Both the position numbers and the translations under genes were made by a program. The notes below the pieces were generated by a model that saw only the letters and a program-made list of their open reading frames with translations, was not told the origin of the DNA and searched no databases. A DNA stretch of 63,627 bases, counting the filler, from Reticulomyxa filosa (lineage: Eukaryota; Protista; Foraminifera), in assembly GCA_000512085.1 (NCBI GenBank). It is 18 parts of 18 records of this genome, joined end to end, with 100 filler letters (N's around TTAATTAATTAA, not from the genome) between each part and the next. Parts side by side here need not be neighbours in the genome. Positions count along the whole stretch, not along the records: positions 1 to 5,161 come from ASPP01009925.1; positions 5,262 to 9,425 come from ASPP01020108.1; positions 9,526 to 12,536 come from ASPP01037614.1; positions 12,637 to 14,139 come from ASPP01014921.1; 14 more parts are not named here. One strand, 5' to 3'. Of the stretch, positions 1 to 13,388 are shown piece after piece; position 1 is the first letter of the stretch; each line of letters starts with the position of its first letter.

Positions 1-1835
1 CTTTTTTCAGTTTTGTCGCTTTTTTCACTTTTTTCAGTTGCTGTGGAATCACGAGTGGAAGACTATAGAGTGACATAAAGCAATCAAAACAAATGACAGT
101 ACAGTAATCAAAGTAATCAAATCACAAACTCTTCAAAAAACATACCACGACGTTGGAAGCTTCATTGCCTTTGGTCTTGTTTGATTTTTGAGCAGTTCCG
201 TTCCAAATCTTAAAAAATTTCACACCGAATAAGAAAAACAACACGGATTCGGTGACAAGGAAGCATCCAATTGCAACGAATACTCGCTGAGCAACAAAGT
301 GTACACTATGAAGCACAGCCAAAGGAATAACGAACAAGAAGACGATCGAAATGGTGTAAACACTGGCCCCAAGCCAACGCGATTCATTGAAATTTTTGGG
401 AACGCTACGTACACTTACAGCCAACTGAACGATCCATAACAAAAACCCAATGCCAACCACCATAGATATAATGGTGAAAATGGATATGTATTGACACTTC
501 TGGTACACAACGCCATCTGAGTCCAAGGCGAATTGTTTGCTCCAATCTTGTAGCAAAGTCCACACAACCAGATAAGCCGCCACGATAATAAATGGAATCA
601 CCAAGAATGTGGCAAATAAGCGAGAAGTACTCCAGTTGGTACTTTGCAATTTCTTTCTTGCTCTCTTTTTTTTATATTTTATTTTTAATAAAAAAAAGCC
701 AAAAGTTCAAAATATACGTATACATACCTTTTGTCTCACCTCAAAACAGTTTACATAAAATACTTAACAAAAAAAATATTGTGAATTCTCCATGTCTTTC
801 CAGCAATTGGAAATATAATCAGCATAAGACCAAGATGAATAAGCCACATTTGGGAAATGCAATCGGTCATTTGTGGCGCTAATGGTGAAATGAAGACAAA
901 CGCTCCCATCAACAAGCATCCCAACAGAATCATCCACAAGAATGGCAGCGTAGCTCCTCGAATAATTGGTTGTTTTGAATATTTCCAGGTAAATATTCCA
1001 GTGCAAATGACGGTGAAGGCAATGATAGAGCTCAAGAGGATGGCCAATGCCCAAAGCCAATCCGGCACCTTCCACAACACATTTTCAAAAGTGATATCAT
1101 AGGATTCAACAAAGCTCTTGTCGACGTTGGTTGTGATGGACAGCGAAAGACCAGTTTGAAATGCCTTAAACTTCAAGGAGTACACAGGAACGAAATAAAA
1201 GTCAAACTGCGCAATCCCGTTTGTAAAAGTAGGATTAGTTGCACCGCTGATGGTAACCAAATCGGTACCCACGGTACTAAATTTCACATATGCTACTGCA
1301 GATTGATCAAGCGACGTAACCAATGTTCCAAACGCATCGTACAACCGGCACGTCGGGCGAAGTTTGGTCCCTTGCAGTATACGGCTGGGTTGGGTCCATT
1401 TGCACTATTTAAAACATGTCATCGCGTTATTGATTATATATACATATAGCATGTGTATGTATTTGTAACACAATTGTTTGTGTGTTTATTATAGCAAAAA
1501 AAAACACAAAGTAGATCAATTAAATTCCAAACTTCCATTTTCGTAGGAGCTGTCGACTGATCTGCACCAAAAGCGGCATTATTATTTTGATACGTGCATT
1601 TGGTACACCATGTGTTGCAAGTGACAGGCATTTGAATACCCCCACCAGAGTACTGAGCAGAATTTTGGACAAAAGAAACAGTGCTGTTGTATTGCAGACA
1701 TTGTTCTAGGAACATTCCTCCACCATAGAGACCATTGTTTCCAGTGAATGTGGTTTGATTTAATTGTATGTCAGATCCAGTCGCGTGAATTCCACCACCC
1801 ACATTGCTCGCTATATTGTTGCTAAATGTACTTTT

Positions 1836-1868
<33 letters not shown>

Positions 1869-4800
1869 GTGTGTGCGTGTGGCGGTAATTGAAATCATAT
1901 TTGTATATTTTGTAACTTAACTTGTTCGTCTTTATACCATCCATCTCCAAAGCTCAATCCTCCTCCATTGGCTGCCTTGTTATTGCCGATTGTGCATTGT
2001 CTCGTCTTCAGCGCCCCAATGTCGATAGTAACGCCACCTCCACTCGTGCTGGCATTGTTTTCACTAATCGACACATTATCCATAAATATCTCAGCTGCAG
2101 TGTTCCACGTAAAGAAATTTTTATCTGATTCGATAGTCACACCTCCGCCTGAAACAGCCTATCAAAGTAAAAATGTTATTCTTATTCATATGCATACATA
2201 TATATATATGTATATGTCCTGTATATAACTTCATTGCCAGTGATAAAAGAATTTTCGATTTGAACAGTAAGACTCCATCCCTTTGTGGCGCGCACATAAA
2301 TACCTCCTCCATTTTCAATGGCCACGTTATGGGCAATGCGTGCATTACTAATCTGCGGATTTCCTCCGGTGACGGAAAGACCTCCTCCACTTCGTCCCGA
2401 TTTGTTGTTTATAATCGTCAAATTCGTTAAGATCGCCACCCCACTTGCAGCGTCCACAGCCAAAGCACCACCGATCCCGGAGGCATAATTACTGTCAAAA
2501 ATGGAGTTAGACACTGCAGCATTGCAGCCGCGAATGAATAGACCCCCTCCCTTGAAAAGCAAACAAAGCAAAAAGGGATAGTATTTTTTTTTTATTTGTT
2601 GGTTTTAAGACGAATAGAAATTGAGGAGAGGGGAGAGGGGGAGAAAGGAGAAAAAGAACAACAACAAACAAACAAACAAACAAACAAACTTGTTGAGCAA
2701 GATTGGATCGAAATTGGCAATTGGATAGATAGGAGCGACTGGCCTTGCAATCAGCATAGCCATTGCCATCGTAAAGTCCACCACCGTCAACCTTGGCCAC
2801 ATTTCCTTCAAAGATGCAGTAATGAACATCATATATTCCGGAAAGAGGCAAGCCTATTGCCGCCCCACTGCTCGCAACGATGTTGTTTCTGAAGATTGAT
2901 CCATTCACGGTCAGTTTCTCTTGTGCAACAGGTTCAAATACTGTTGGATGATTTTTTTTTTAAAATTGTAGGATCAAACAATCAATTTTTCTCAAGAGGA
3001 GAGGAAGGAGGGGGGAGAAAAAAAAACAAACTGGACCAACTAACCAATTCCTGCACCACTGTCAGCGATATTGCCGTCGAACAAACTGTCAATTACATCC
3101 ACACTTCCACCGTTCATAAGAATGCCTCCACCTGCTTTGTACGCAAAATTATTAATAAAATTACAATTTCGGAGGACGGAAAATCCTCCTTCGATTGCAA
3201 TGCCACCACCAGCTCGACAGCCACAGCCGTAAAAATTGCAATTGGTGCAATGGAGCCCTACGACAAAATCATAGCTGTTGAAATAGATCCCAGCGCCGAA
3301 GGAAGACTCGGTGATGAGGCAGTTCGTCATAGACACATTGGAGACATACATATCTTTCCTACAGTACGGGCATGAAATGGCTCCGTAAAAGCTGCCTGTG
3401 ACATTCTGAGCAATCACATTTTGCACCACATGTCGAGCCTGCGAATTTATAAATATCAGTCCGCCACTGAACAGTGCTCTCGTATTTTCAATGTACACAT
3501 CCGACATAAAGACCTCCCCTTCCGCAAATATTACTACCACACACGATGCGTATGTTATTACACCCTGTCGTATACATAAATACATATTATATGTATATGT
3601 ATGTATATGTCTATTCTTTCACTTCCAAGCCTCTGTATCCATCCTTTAAAAAAATAAATAAAAAAAAAAATGTTCACGAACAAATTACCTCAGTATTGTT
3701 TTTACAGGTCACATTCGATATTATTGTGGAAAAGACTGTGGAAAGGTAAATATTTCCAGTGTAGGAAAAGCTTCTTTCGGTCCACAGACCATCAATCCGC
3801 ACTGGCCCATTTCGAATATAGATCGGCCCTCGCGTGGAACCGTTGCTCCCTGCATCAAATATCGAGACGTTCAACAGCTGTGTCTTTCCCCACGTGTAAA
3901 GTACTGGGTCCATGGAACTGAAAAGGTTACCGTTCACCCACACGGTCTGCAACGTCAACTCTCCTCCGGAAGATACGTGGTACAGTGGTGGATTTTCCAA
4001 CTCGATATACAAATCAATTTGGATATCGTATAACGTCGTGTTGATTTCGTGAAAGTCCGCCGTTTCAAAATAATATACCCCTCCAATTGACTGGGTATAA
4101 ACGTCGAATTGGAAGCCTAATTTTTTGTTTGTTTGTTTATTTGATTTGTTTATTCAGTGTACAAACAATAAAAAGAAATAATTTACAAACGAATTTTTTA
4201 TTTTTAATAAGTTAATATTTCGTTAGTCAAGTTTTTTATTCATAACCTTTAATAAGAATAGCGATGTTTGCAAATATGGCCAACGGCTCAACAAGTAAGA
4301 ATTGATTGTCAATATCCGCACTGATTTCCACAACACAAGGACGACCGATAATGGATGTGTTACAAGCAATGGTCAGAGCTGAATTCTTGTCGGTCACGTA
4401 TAAGATATTTTGCCTATTTACGAATATGTCTGTCAGTACGATGACATTGAACGATTTGTATGCGAGTGACAATTGATAGGCTTCTTGCAAATCATCTGTC
4501 GTCAGAACATTCCCCAAACTGTATTTCGACAGGTTCTTTGCAGCTCCGGTGCGTCGTACACGTATACCACGTCCGTGTTACCTAGTTATATTGCATTTGT
4601 ACCAACGAATTTGGTTGTTTTTTTTTTTTTGTAAGAAAAGGAGAGAAAGAGAAAGAAAAAAAAAAAAGAAATAAGAGAACAATCACGGTGTGCATGTACA
4701 CCTGCATTGTTGTTCCTCGACAAATGTACACACCTGTCACAAGATAGTCTGTGATCTGTTGTTGTCCCAGATCCAAATACTCCCAAGTCATTGTTCCAGC

Positions 4801-5031
4801 TCCTTGGTCAAATCCGCCGACGACAAATAGTAGTTTTTGCGTAGGATGGTAGGCAACCCCACACCCATGGCGAGATTGAAACAAAGAGGTGGCAAAGCCG
4901 AGATAAGTATCGTTCGACAAATCGAACATTTCGGTCAATGCAAGAGAGTGGTATGTGTTATCAACAGACATGCCCCCAACCAGCAGTACAATCGAGTTAA
5001 TCAAAATAGCTTGACCTTGAAAACGTGGTAT
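1..5031 (-). CDS. Multi-exon class C (GABA-B/glutamate-type 7tm_3) GPCR-like protein with Kelch-like and parallel beta-helix (Pmp-like) ectodomain; partial at both ends
   Basis: 7TM exons 751-1344 and 122-649 carry class C motifs: QPIIRGATLPFLWMILLG, GKTWRIHNIF, VRSVPKNFNESRWLG. Exons at 1533-3565 carry repeated FxxN..GG(G/A)(I/L) motifs. Exon ~4700-5031 has Kelch-like VGG...RHGCGV...LFVVGG. GT-AG AT-rich introns lie between exons. Confidence 0.8.
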
Positions 5032-5161
5032 CTTTTTTTTTTTTTTTAAATTTAAAACTAAAAAAAAAAAAAAAAAAGAAGTAGAATGTGTTGTATGATG
5101 AAATAAGATAAAAAGGGAACTGGATATTATTCTTATATATACATGTATATGTGTATGTATA

Positions 5162-5261
5162 NNNNNNNNNNNNNNNNNNNNNNNNNNNNNNNNNNNNNNN
5201 NNNNNTTAATTAATTAANNNNNNNNNNNNNNNNNNNNNNNNNNNNNNNNNNNNNNNNNNNN
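5162..5261. other. Artificial contig linker N44-TTAATTAATTAA-N44. It recurs starting at 9426, 12537, 14140, 18883, 20260, 22244, 23357, 25610, 35367, 40952, 42796, 45162, 50540, 55472, 56913 and 61213
   Basis: Identical 100-nt unit with stops in all six frames, present 17 times. Confidence 0.99.
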
Positions 5262-7225
5262 TTAAATTAAATTCTAAAAAACAAATCTTATCACAATCAG
5301 GCACCACAAAAAATTTTTTTTCTTTTTTATCTTACTGTATTATCCAAGGAAAATAAAGAGCACAATTCTCTCCCAAAAAAAAGAAATGTACCAAAATGCT
5401 ATTTTCAACACTGTCAAAATCCACAACTGAGACTCAAACGTCATATCTGTTTTAGACTAAAAACTGATGAGTTTGTTAAAATCATTTGATTGTAACGAAT
5501 TTAAAGTGTATTTTTCAATATTGTCATCAAGATATGACTCTGCTAATATTTGAGCAATATATTTGCAATTTCTTCAGTAGACGATTATTTTATATATTTG
5601 TGATGTAAATGTTAAAACGGACAAGTAATAATCAAAAAATTATTAATTCATCAATACAGAGCCAGTTATAAATATAAGGAATTTGAATGCCCGCTCAACA
5701 AATTGTTTTTTCAAACATGTCAAATATAAACAGACTTAATATTCATATGTTTTGTACGCATACGTATTGTAAGATACATAAAATATTATTTTTTCAATTT
5801 ATCCAATTGTATTGTTCATCTTGACAAAATGTTGTCAAGAAACTATCATAATAATCGATTGTGTCATGTACTTTAAAAAATAAGTCCTTTTTGAATGTAA
5901 TGAGCAATCTTTCAACAATTGAAAGTCTTTGCAACATTTATAAAGGATACTTTGGACTTATTTTTAAAAAAGTCTGTATGTGTGATAATTTTTTTTATTA
6001 ACGAAAAGATTTTAATTCTTTCAAAAAGAAAATTGAAGTGAAAATCTTGAAAAAGAAAATAGACTAGATTCTCTGAGCGCTGACTTATGCTTATTTATTC
6101 AATCTTTGGAAATATCTATCTTGGCATGCAAAGTCTTCAAAAGCTTCATTGTGGACATGACCATAAAGCAATACGTTTTCTTTTTGATAATTTGATCGTA
6201 TAATATATACATATATATACATATATATAGAACTTTAAAATATGTGTAGTGAATGGCGTTCCATAGTTTATCATCTTTTGTTAATCCGATACATTTATAT
6301 AATTCGGCTATTTCCTCTAACTATGTTGTTTTATATAGTGCATTTAAATATATAAGATAGTGTAAGTTTGTATCATTATTATTATCAGCACCAATGATAT
6401 ATATTTGTGCACTATCGTTCAAAACTGCTACTGATGAATATAAGCTCATTTACACTTTAAATTTGCATTTTTTCCATTTATAATGCTACATTTGCCAAGC
6501 CTTGATTTTTTGATTTTGACATTATCTTTTAATTTTTGGTTTGTTAATTTTTAAAGATATTTATTTCAATCTATTTTTGTTTCATCATGAAAAATATCAT
6601 TTTTTACGATAATTTACAATTTGGTATTTATGCCCGTTTTAAGTTCGAAGATCACATATTATAACTATTTTTTAATCTTAGCTTTTTTCTTAGTTGTCGC
6701 AATAAAAGTACTTTATGCCAGTGTCTGTGTGATGATATTGCCAATCCTGTTGTTTTTATTATTGCAATTTCGCCAAGCAACAGCGCCTTGAAACGACTAA
6801 GGATTCGTTTTGTGTAGAGCGAGCTAGAGAAAATTTTGTTGGGTGACTGATATTACATTGGACTCGAAGATTGCAACGTACTTTCGAGTTCGAACCAGAG
6901 ATGTAGGATCCTCTAGTCTGAAAAATTGGTTCCTTTTTGCTTAATTGAGTGAATTTTTTCAAAAGTAAATATAAAAAACTGATTCTTCAATATCTTTGAT
7001 CAAAAAATCAAGTTGGTCATTTGAACAATTTTGTTGAGGAACATACTATTTCACAAAATCTTGTTAAATCCAGTCAAGCATTTAAATAGAGTTGAATTTA
7101 TGCTATTAATTGGAACAAGCAGAAAGTAAATGTTACAACTCCTTTTTGTTGTCTTCAACGTTAAGGGTCGAAGATTTTTTTTTTTGAAAAAAATATGCTC
7201 ATGTATTGAATTCACAAGCCTCATC

Positions 7226-8238
7226 ATGTTTTGTTGCTGCTGTTCTTTTTTGCGAAAGCCACCTAAAGCTTTTGATCCTAGCAATGATGGTTTTTCAATT
7301 GGCGAACTTGAACTGTTTGATACCGTGTTGATTATTCCTTCAGGTTTCACCTCGTCGATCTCAGGAACTGTCGTAGCAATAAATGACGATGAAACATGTC
7401 GAGTTCGCTTCTTGCCGAAAGAACAAGAGTTGTGAATTGTGTGTATGTGCAGCGAACAGGATCAATTATTTCAAAAAAAAAAAAAATAGTTCACTAATAT
7501 ATTAAAATTTGCATATACAACATAAAAAAAAAAAAACATCTCTGAAACTCTTTGAATCAATCAAGGAATGATGAATACAAAGAAGAAACATTTGAGATTG
7601 GATTTGTAATGAAACCCCAAAATTTGAAAACTTCAGACGCGAAAAAATTGTATCGAAAAATTGAAAAATTGGACATACAAGAGGTATTGTTGGGTGGACG
7701 GGACAAAAATGAAACTGAAGAATTTTTGTCAATCTGTAGGGTACTATTGAAACGTTATCAGAGTGTATTGATGAGCCATGAGGAAACGGAAGAATACCTT
7801 GTCCATCAAGGCACTTTTACTGCTCGTTTTATTGCTTACAATGTGACTGAGTTTTTGAGTGCACCAAAATATCGCTGGAAGGTCAAATGCATGTTTTGCA
7901 AGGATTCGGTCATGAGCTTTGAATCTGTTGGCCAACGCAAAATGGCTTGCTTTCGGAACCCATCCGATTGCAGGGGCTTTTATTATATGGGCTTGTCCGC
8001 AATCACTATTTATTGTGATTTTTGTAAAAGAAAAATTTATCAAAGTGAACATCAACTTCGATGTGGTGATATGCACGATATGTGCTTGAATTGCTTCGGC
8101 GATATGATTCGAGAAAGTCAAAATTTTTATGCACTCTTGACAGATTTGATGGCTGGATTGTTGGACAGAGATTGCATTTTCGAAATCACTTGTTTTGTCA
8201 AAGGATACATTGTTAAATTTGACATATCTGGTAAATGA
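7226..8238 (+). CDS. Hypothetical protein: N-terminal Cys cluster, Tudor/SH3-like segment, ZZ-like zinc finger
   Basis: Starts MFCCCCS; GTVVAINDDETCRVRF; phase-compatible intron ~7429-7565; CDFC...CGDMHDMCLNC. Confidence 0.55.
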
Positions 8239-9699
8239 TTTCTTTTTCTTTTGGGAACTAGTATTCGCCAGTTCCTTATTTCTTCAGTCCAAAAAAAACA
8301 AAGGATCATTTGAAATAAATATCAACGAGTCCATGACTTATAAATGTTTATATTCAGCTCATTTTTCATATAACATGATTATAAAAAAATAATAAGTCAT
8401 TTAAAAAAAAAAGGTAAATAACAATAAAACATGTTTCGGTTATTTGTTTGAGAACAGACCAAACAATTGTTAAAAAAAGGCGGAATATGGATTGTGATGT
8501 TGAAAAAAATTGTTTGTGAATACTCGAATATAATTTTTTTTAATTTCCTAATAAAAGTACAAATAATTTGTTGTATTTGTGGCAAAATATACTATCAGCA
8601 TAACTCGCTATTTTGCTTCGATATTGAAGATCAATCTGTTAATAAATAAACTTTTTCTCTAATGATATTTACACATGCTGGATTTTTTTAAAAATTAGGA
8701 TTAATTGTTTGTTTTTCATGGAGAAAATAAATTATCTTCATAAAGTAGCATTTTAGGTGTCCTTTTTCTTTTGCAAACTACTGTATTTGATCCATTTTAA
8801 GAATTTTTGCATCCTAATGGAAGAAAGGGCTTTGCTTCAATTGATGCGTTCTATTTTATCAAATACTTTTGTAAAATTGATGATAAATTTTGGAATGATG
8901 CATAATCTCGTCAAAATTGTTTACTCCTTTTCTTTTAACACAAAAACAACTAACTCTTCAACAAAAAAATAATGAAACTAAAATAACGTTTAGAGGTAAC
9001 ATAAAAAAAATTGTTTTCAAAAGGAGAAACATTAGTTGAAATACAAAACACTTGATTTTAAAAGTGATATTAAAGCATAGTTGATGACAAGTTGTTCAAA
9101 ATATTTTAACTTAGTAGTTAACAAATATGAAAGTAATTTATGATTTAAAATTGCAACATACCGATCGTAACGAATCGCAAATCTAAAATTAATTTTAACA
9201 ATCTTTTTTGGAATAATTATTACATATATTCGTATCATTCAATTTTTTTTCAATCTTTCAAGTTAAAAAAAAGGTAAAAAAGTTGATAACTTTCATAATT
9301 ATGAGACTGACACAAATGAAATAAAAAATCAAAATGTAAAGGAAAAATGATTTAGAGATATTTGAATTCTGCTTCTTCATCAAAAAACGAATTATCTCTA
9401 TATGTAAAAATGTATTTCATTTACTNNNNNNNNNNNNNNNNNNNNNNNNNNNNNNNNNNNNNNNNNNNNTTAATTAATTAANNNNNNNNNNNNNNNNNNN
9501 NNNNNNNNNNNNNNNNNNNNNNNNNAAACTAAAGTAGCTCCAGTTCTTTTGGTCAACAATGTTTTGACAAAAATTGGATGTTGCAATTGAAGACTCCAGA
9601 ACAAATTAGTTATTTTATTAATTTGATTTGCAATCAAGTTGCAAACAATTCAGTTGACCTTTTCTTTTTTTTTCTTAAATGACAAAAATTTACTTTACT

Positions 9700-10000
9700 T
9701 TCTTTTCAATGATATAAATTTAAATATCTTATTCCATTGTTTCCTTTGATCACATATGATTCATTCTTATTTGATTGAATATCCCAAAAATAAGTTGTTT
9801 TGATAATGATATGGCTAAAATTTCACGATTCACATAACTTGAATGTCCATTGAATGATTGAATCTGTTTATTGTTATCAACATCATCTGATCCAGAACAA
9901 ATGAATTGACAATCATCAGACAATATTATTCACAATTAGTATGTCCAGTGAATTTATTGATTAATTTGGATGATGAACGATACAGATTAAAATTGAAGTT
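9700..10000 (-). pseudogene. Degraded WD40-repeat family copy
   Basis: Fragments SSKLINKFTGHTN, ICSGSDD and NNKQIQSFNGHS match the paralog at 21670-22243 but contain stops and deletions. Confidence 0.7.
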
Positions 10001-10429
10001 GATAATACAATAAAAGACTCACAAGATTTTTTTTTTGTTTGTGTTAAAGATTTAATTTTTGAAGTAATTGTTGATAATATTGAGTCAATTTTGGAATTAT
10101 TTTCTTCCAATGATTTAATTATTGTTTTTCTTTATCATTAAAACTTTTTTTTATTATTTCAATGTTTGCTTGTTGCTACTTTTGTTCATTCGATTATCTT
10201 TCAATTCAATTTTTTGTCTCATAGATTGTAATGATTGAATTACTATACATGATAAAAAAAAATGTTTTGGAAGAAAACTTGTTTGTTTTCCTTCCATTTA
10301 ATAATTTAATCCAAATGATCTATTAACATATTTTATTAAATAAAAACAACGCAAGTTTTCCTTTTATAAACAAAAGCTCAACCATTTTTTCATCAAAGAT
10401 CATCTCAACAAAAAAACTAAACAAGTTAC

Positions 10430-10912
10430 AAGAATGAACTTGAACTTATCAATAAAAGTTAAATCCAATTTGTCTTATGTTTTATTATTAATTTATTTAT
10501 CATTGTTATGTGTAACTGAAACAGTCAAAAGAACAAGTTCAAATAATTATTCGACATTTGATTAGAATGTTACATATCAGATTTGAATGGATTAAAGATT
10601 TCGACAAATTTGTTGTCAATTATGTTAGTTCATTTATTTTTTCTTTTCATTTGTGTCAATCAAAGTCCAATATTTATGTAACATAGGCACAATAAACAAA
10701 TTCAATCATTCAATAAACATTTAGATTATGTAAATTGTGTAAAATTTTCACCATATCATCATAATTATCATCAAAATATCATTTGTTCTTCGTTTTTGGG
10801 ATTTCAAACATAATAATCAATTACAACTACTCGATAAATACACTAAAAGTGTTTCTAGTACGAATTTTCACCATTTAATGATGGTAGATATTTGTGTTCT
10901 GGTTCACAAACA
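10430..10912 (+). pseudogene. Degraded WD40-repeat family copy
   Basis: IIRHLIRMLHIRFEWIKDFDKFVVNY, the same intron position as the 21406 paralog, VKFSPYHH, GRYLCSGS; frameshifted. Confidence 0.75.
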
Positions 10913-12636
10913 AATTGATGTTTGGAACAGATCTTATCATTTCAATATTTCATTATAGGTAATTTTCTAATCTCTTTGTGAGACTTGTGAGAAGACTAAG
11001 TGTAATACGAAAGGAACTTGGTTCCAAAAGAACAACTTCGGTAAAAGAAAGTAAATTAAAAAAGAATAATAACAACTAAAATGAAAGAAACAAGTACAAC
11101 GAGAGAAAAGTGAGTTGTGTTGAGAAGGGTTTTAACCCACTGGGGGTCCCACCGTTCCGTTAGTAGTTGGGGATTTATAATAGGGACTTTCCCTACATCT
11201 TTGAACTGAAAAAAAAATCCTTAACTTATCTCATTTGATTTTTTTTAATTAATTTGTTCACATGTTATTTGAAAGCCTTTGTTTGTTGTTTAAAGCTGTT
11301 TAACTTAAAATTTGTTTTCGTTTCTCACGATACAACATATCTTCAAAAAGAATCATTTTTTTAACATGAAATTCTAATTTGTCGAGTTCATTCTTATCAA
11401 ACGTTTCTATCATTTTCAAATTTTTTACTCATTTCGACCGTATCAAAGTTTATATCTTCAAGTTAATATTAATTATTTTTTAAAGTCAAGCTTGAACCTG
11501 GTTTTTTAAAAAATCAAAACCTCTGCCATTAAATAGTCATTGTATATTGACTAAAATAATTCTGTCTCCCTCGTTTGTGTACACTTAACGTAGAATTGAC
11601 TGAAATTATATAAATTATTTCATTTTCTCTTAAATGATTTCGCATTTGTCAATTTGTCAGTAGTCAGGTAACGATATGCCATATCACGTCTGTTGAAAGT
11701 TTTAATCTGCTTGATCATTTGTCGTTTGATATTTTATTATCAAATTCAAAAATTGAACTTTTGCTCACTTTTAATTGTTGTTAATTTTGGATAGAGTCTG
11801 TTTAAAATGTTTTTCAAAGATTGATAATAAGTTATTAGATTACGAAATAAAGAAGCCTAATAAAAAACTTCAAATGTAAATATTATGTCATTTCAGTCCA
11901 CAACGTTGCTTTCAAATAAAAATAAAAATAACATCCAAGTGGCCTTTTAAAGTTATTCAATTGTAGAAGAAGTGAAATTACTGAAATTTGAAAAACAAAT
12001 AATTTAAAAAATCCAAGTTTTATTTGATCAGTTATAAGTTAATATTAAAACTGCAATGTGACATGTGTGCTGTTGATAAAATAGACCGTTAATCAAAGCT
12101 TGCGTTTGCTTCTGATGTTATAAAGCTTTCTTGTTCGAGATGGTCACCCGATGTTGGAAGAAGGGAAAGAGACTTTTAGTTTTAAGTCAAGATGCAAATT
12201 TTGCATTGAATTGACCCCAATTATATTTGTTTTTTCGAAATTTATACAAAATTGGAATATAAGCCGAAGTTTTCCAAAAAACTCAGTTACGTTCTCATGG
12301 TCACCTTTGCAGAGGAGGGCCAACAGGCCACGGACAGTTGGAGTGAATATGTTAACTACCTCTAAATAAAACAACTTAATAAACTACAAAGAGAGGAAAA
12401 AAAAAGGAGGGACCAGATTACACGTATCCTTAGAGATATGTGTACATATATTTTCTTTATTGTTATTTTTTGTTCTACACGATATTTTTTTGTTGTTGTT
12501 TCGAATTTGACACAATGATATTTAAAAAAAAAAAAANNNNNNNNNNNNNNNNNNNNNNNNNNNNNNNNNNNNNNNNNNNNTTAATTAATTAANNNNNNNN
12601 NNNNNNNNNNNNNNNNNNNNNNNNNNNNNNNNNNNN

Positions 12637-12672
<36 letters not shown>

Positions 12673-12712
12673 GTATATGTGTATATGTGTATATACACTT
12701 ATATGCGAATAG

Positions 12713-13388
12713 AATGAAATCCAACTCAAGGATAAAACCTCAAAACCGAAAATCCGTAAATTGGGCGTGCATAGCGACGATGGATTTGAAGAGTATGACG
12801 TAGACTTTGGCGAGGAAGAAGAAGAAATGAGAGCCACAGAAGAAAATAGCATCACCAAGACTGGTGACAAGGAGAAGGACAATAAACAATTGCGCCATCA
12901 ATTGTTGCAAGAACAATTGCAAGTGGAAGATTTGAAAGTGAAGCGACGGAAATCGGTATTCAAAGCTCATGTGTTTCAAGAGGAATTGAAAAAGATTAAA
13001 GCGATGACGGCGGAACAGTTTGAACAGTACAAACTCGCTCAAACGTCTCCTCAGCTTCAAGACCATTTGTTCCCTCCTTTCGCTTGTTCTGATCATTGTG
13101 AGTGCCATCCTTTGCGCCATCTCATCCAATCCTTGCTATTGCAGTTGGACGACGCTCATCAACAGTCCTCCCTCCCTTTCACTCGTGAAAAAAGGGACAT
13201 CCTCGCGCAAATGGCTCAACAGGCCTTTCAACAGCTATCGCATTCCCAGCCGTCCTCGTCACTGCCACTTGGGCATAATATCAATGATAACAACTTTCCA
13301 TTCAACAGCTTCACACACTCAATTCTCGTTTGGTCGCTGAAAAGTGCCAACTGCTGCAAACCACTTGTGTCACGATTGACCGTCTCAG
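12713..13388 (+). CDS. Hypothetical protein exon, acidic and coiled-coil; partial
   Basis: 214-aa ORF with coding-like GC content, flanked by intron-like (TA)n and poly-T. Confidence 0.55.

Noticed and set aside
5262-6700. Possible coding remnants in AT-rich stretches (also 11300-12400, 19300-20259, 43700-45100)
   Set aside because: Only short broken frames with no motif I can assign
6840-6910. tRNA gene
   Set aside because: B-box-like sequence is present but I could not build a cloverleaf or acceptor stem
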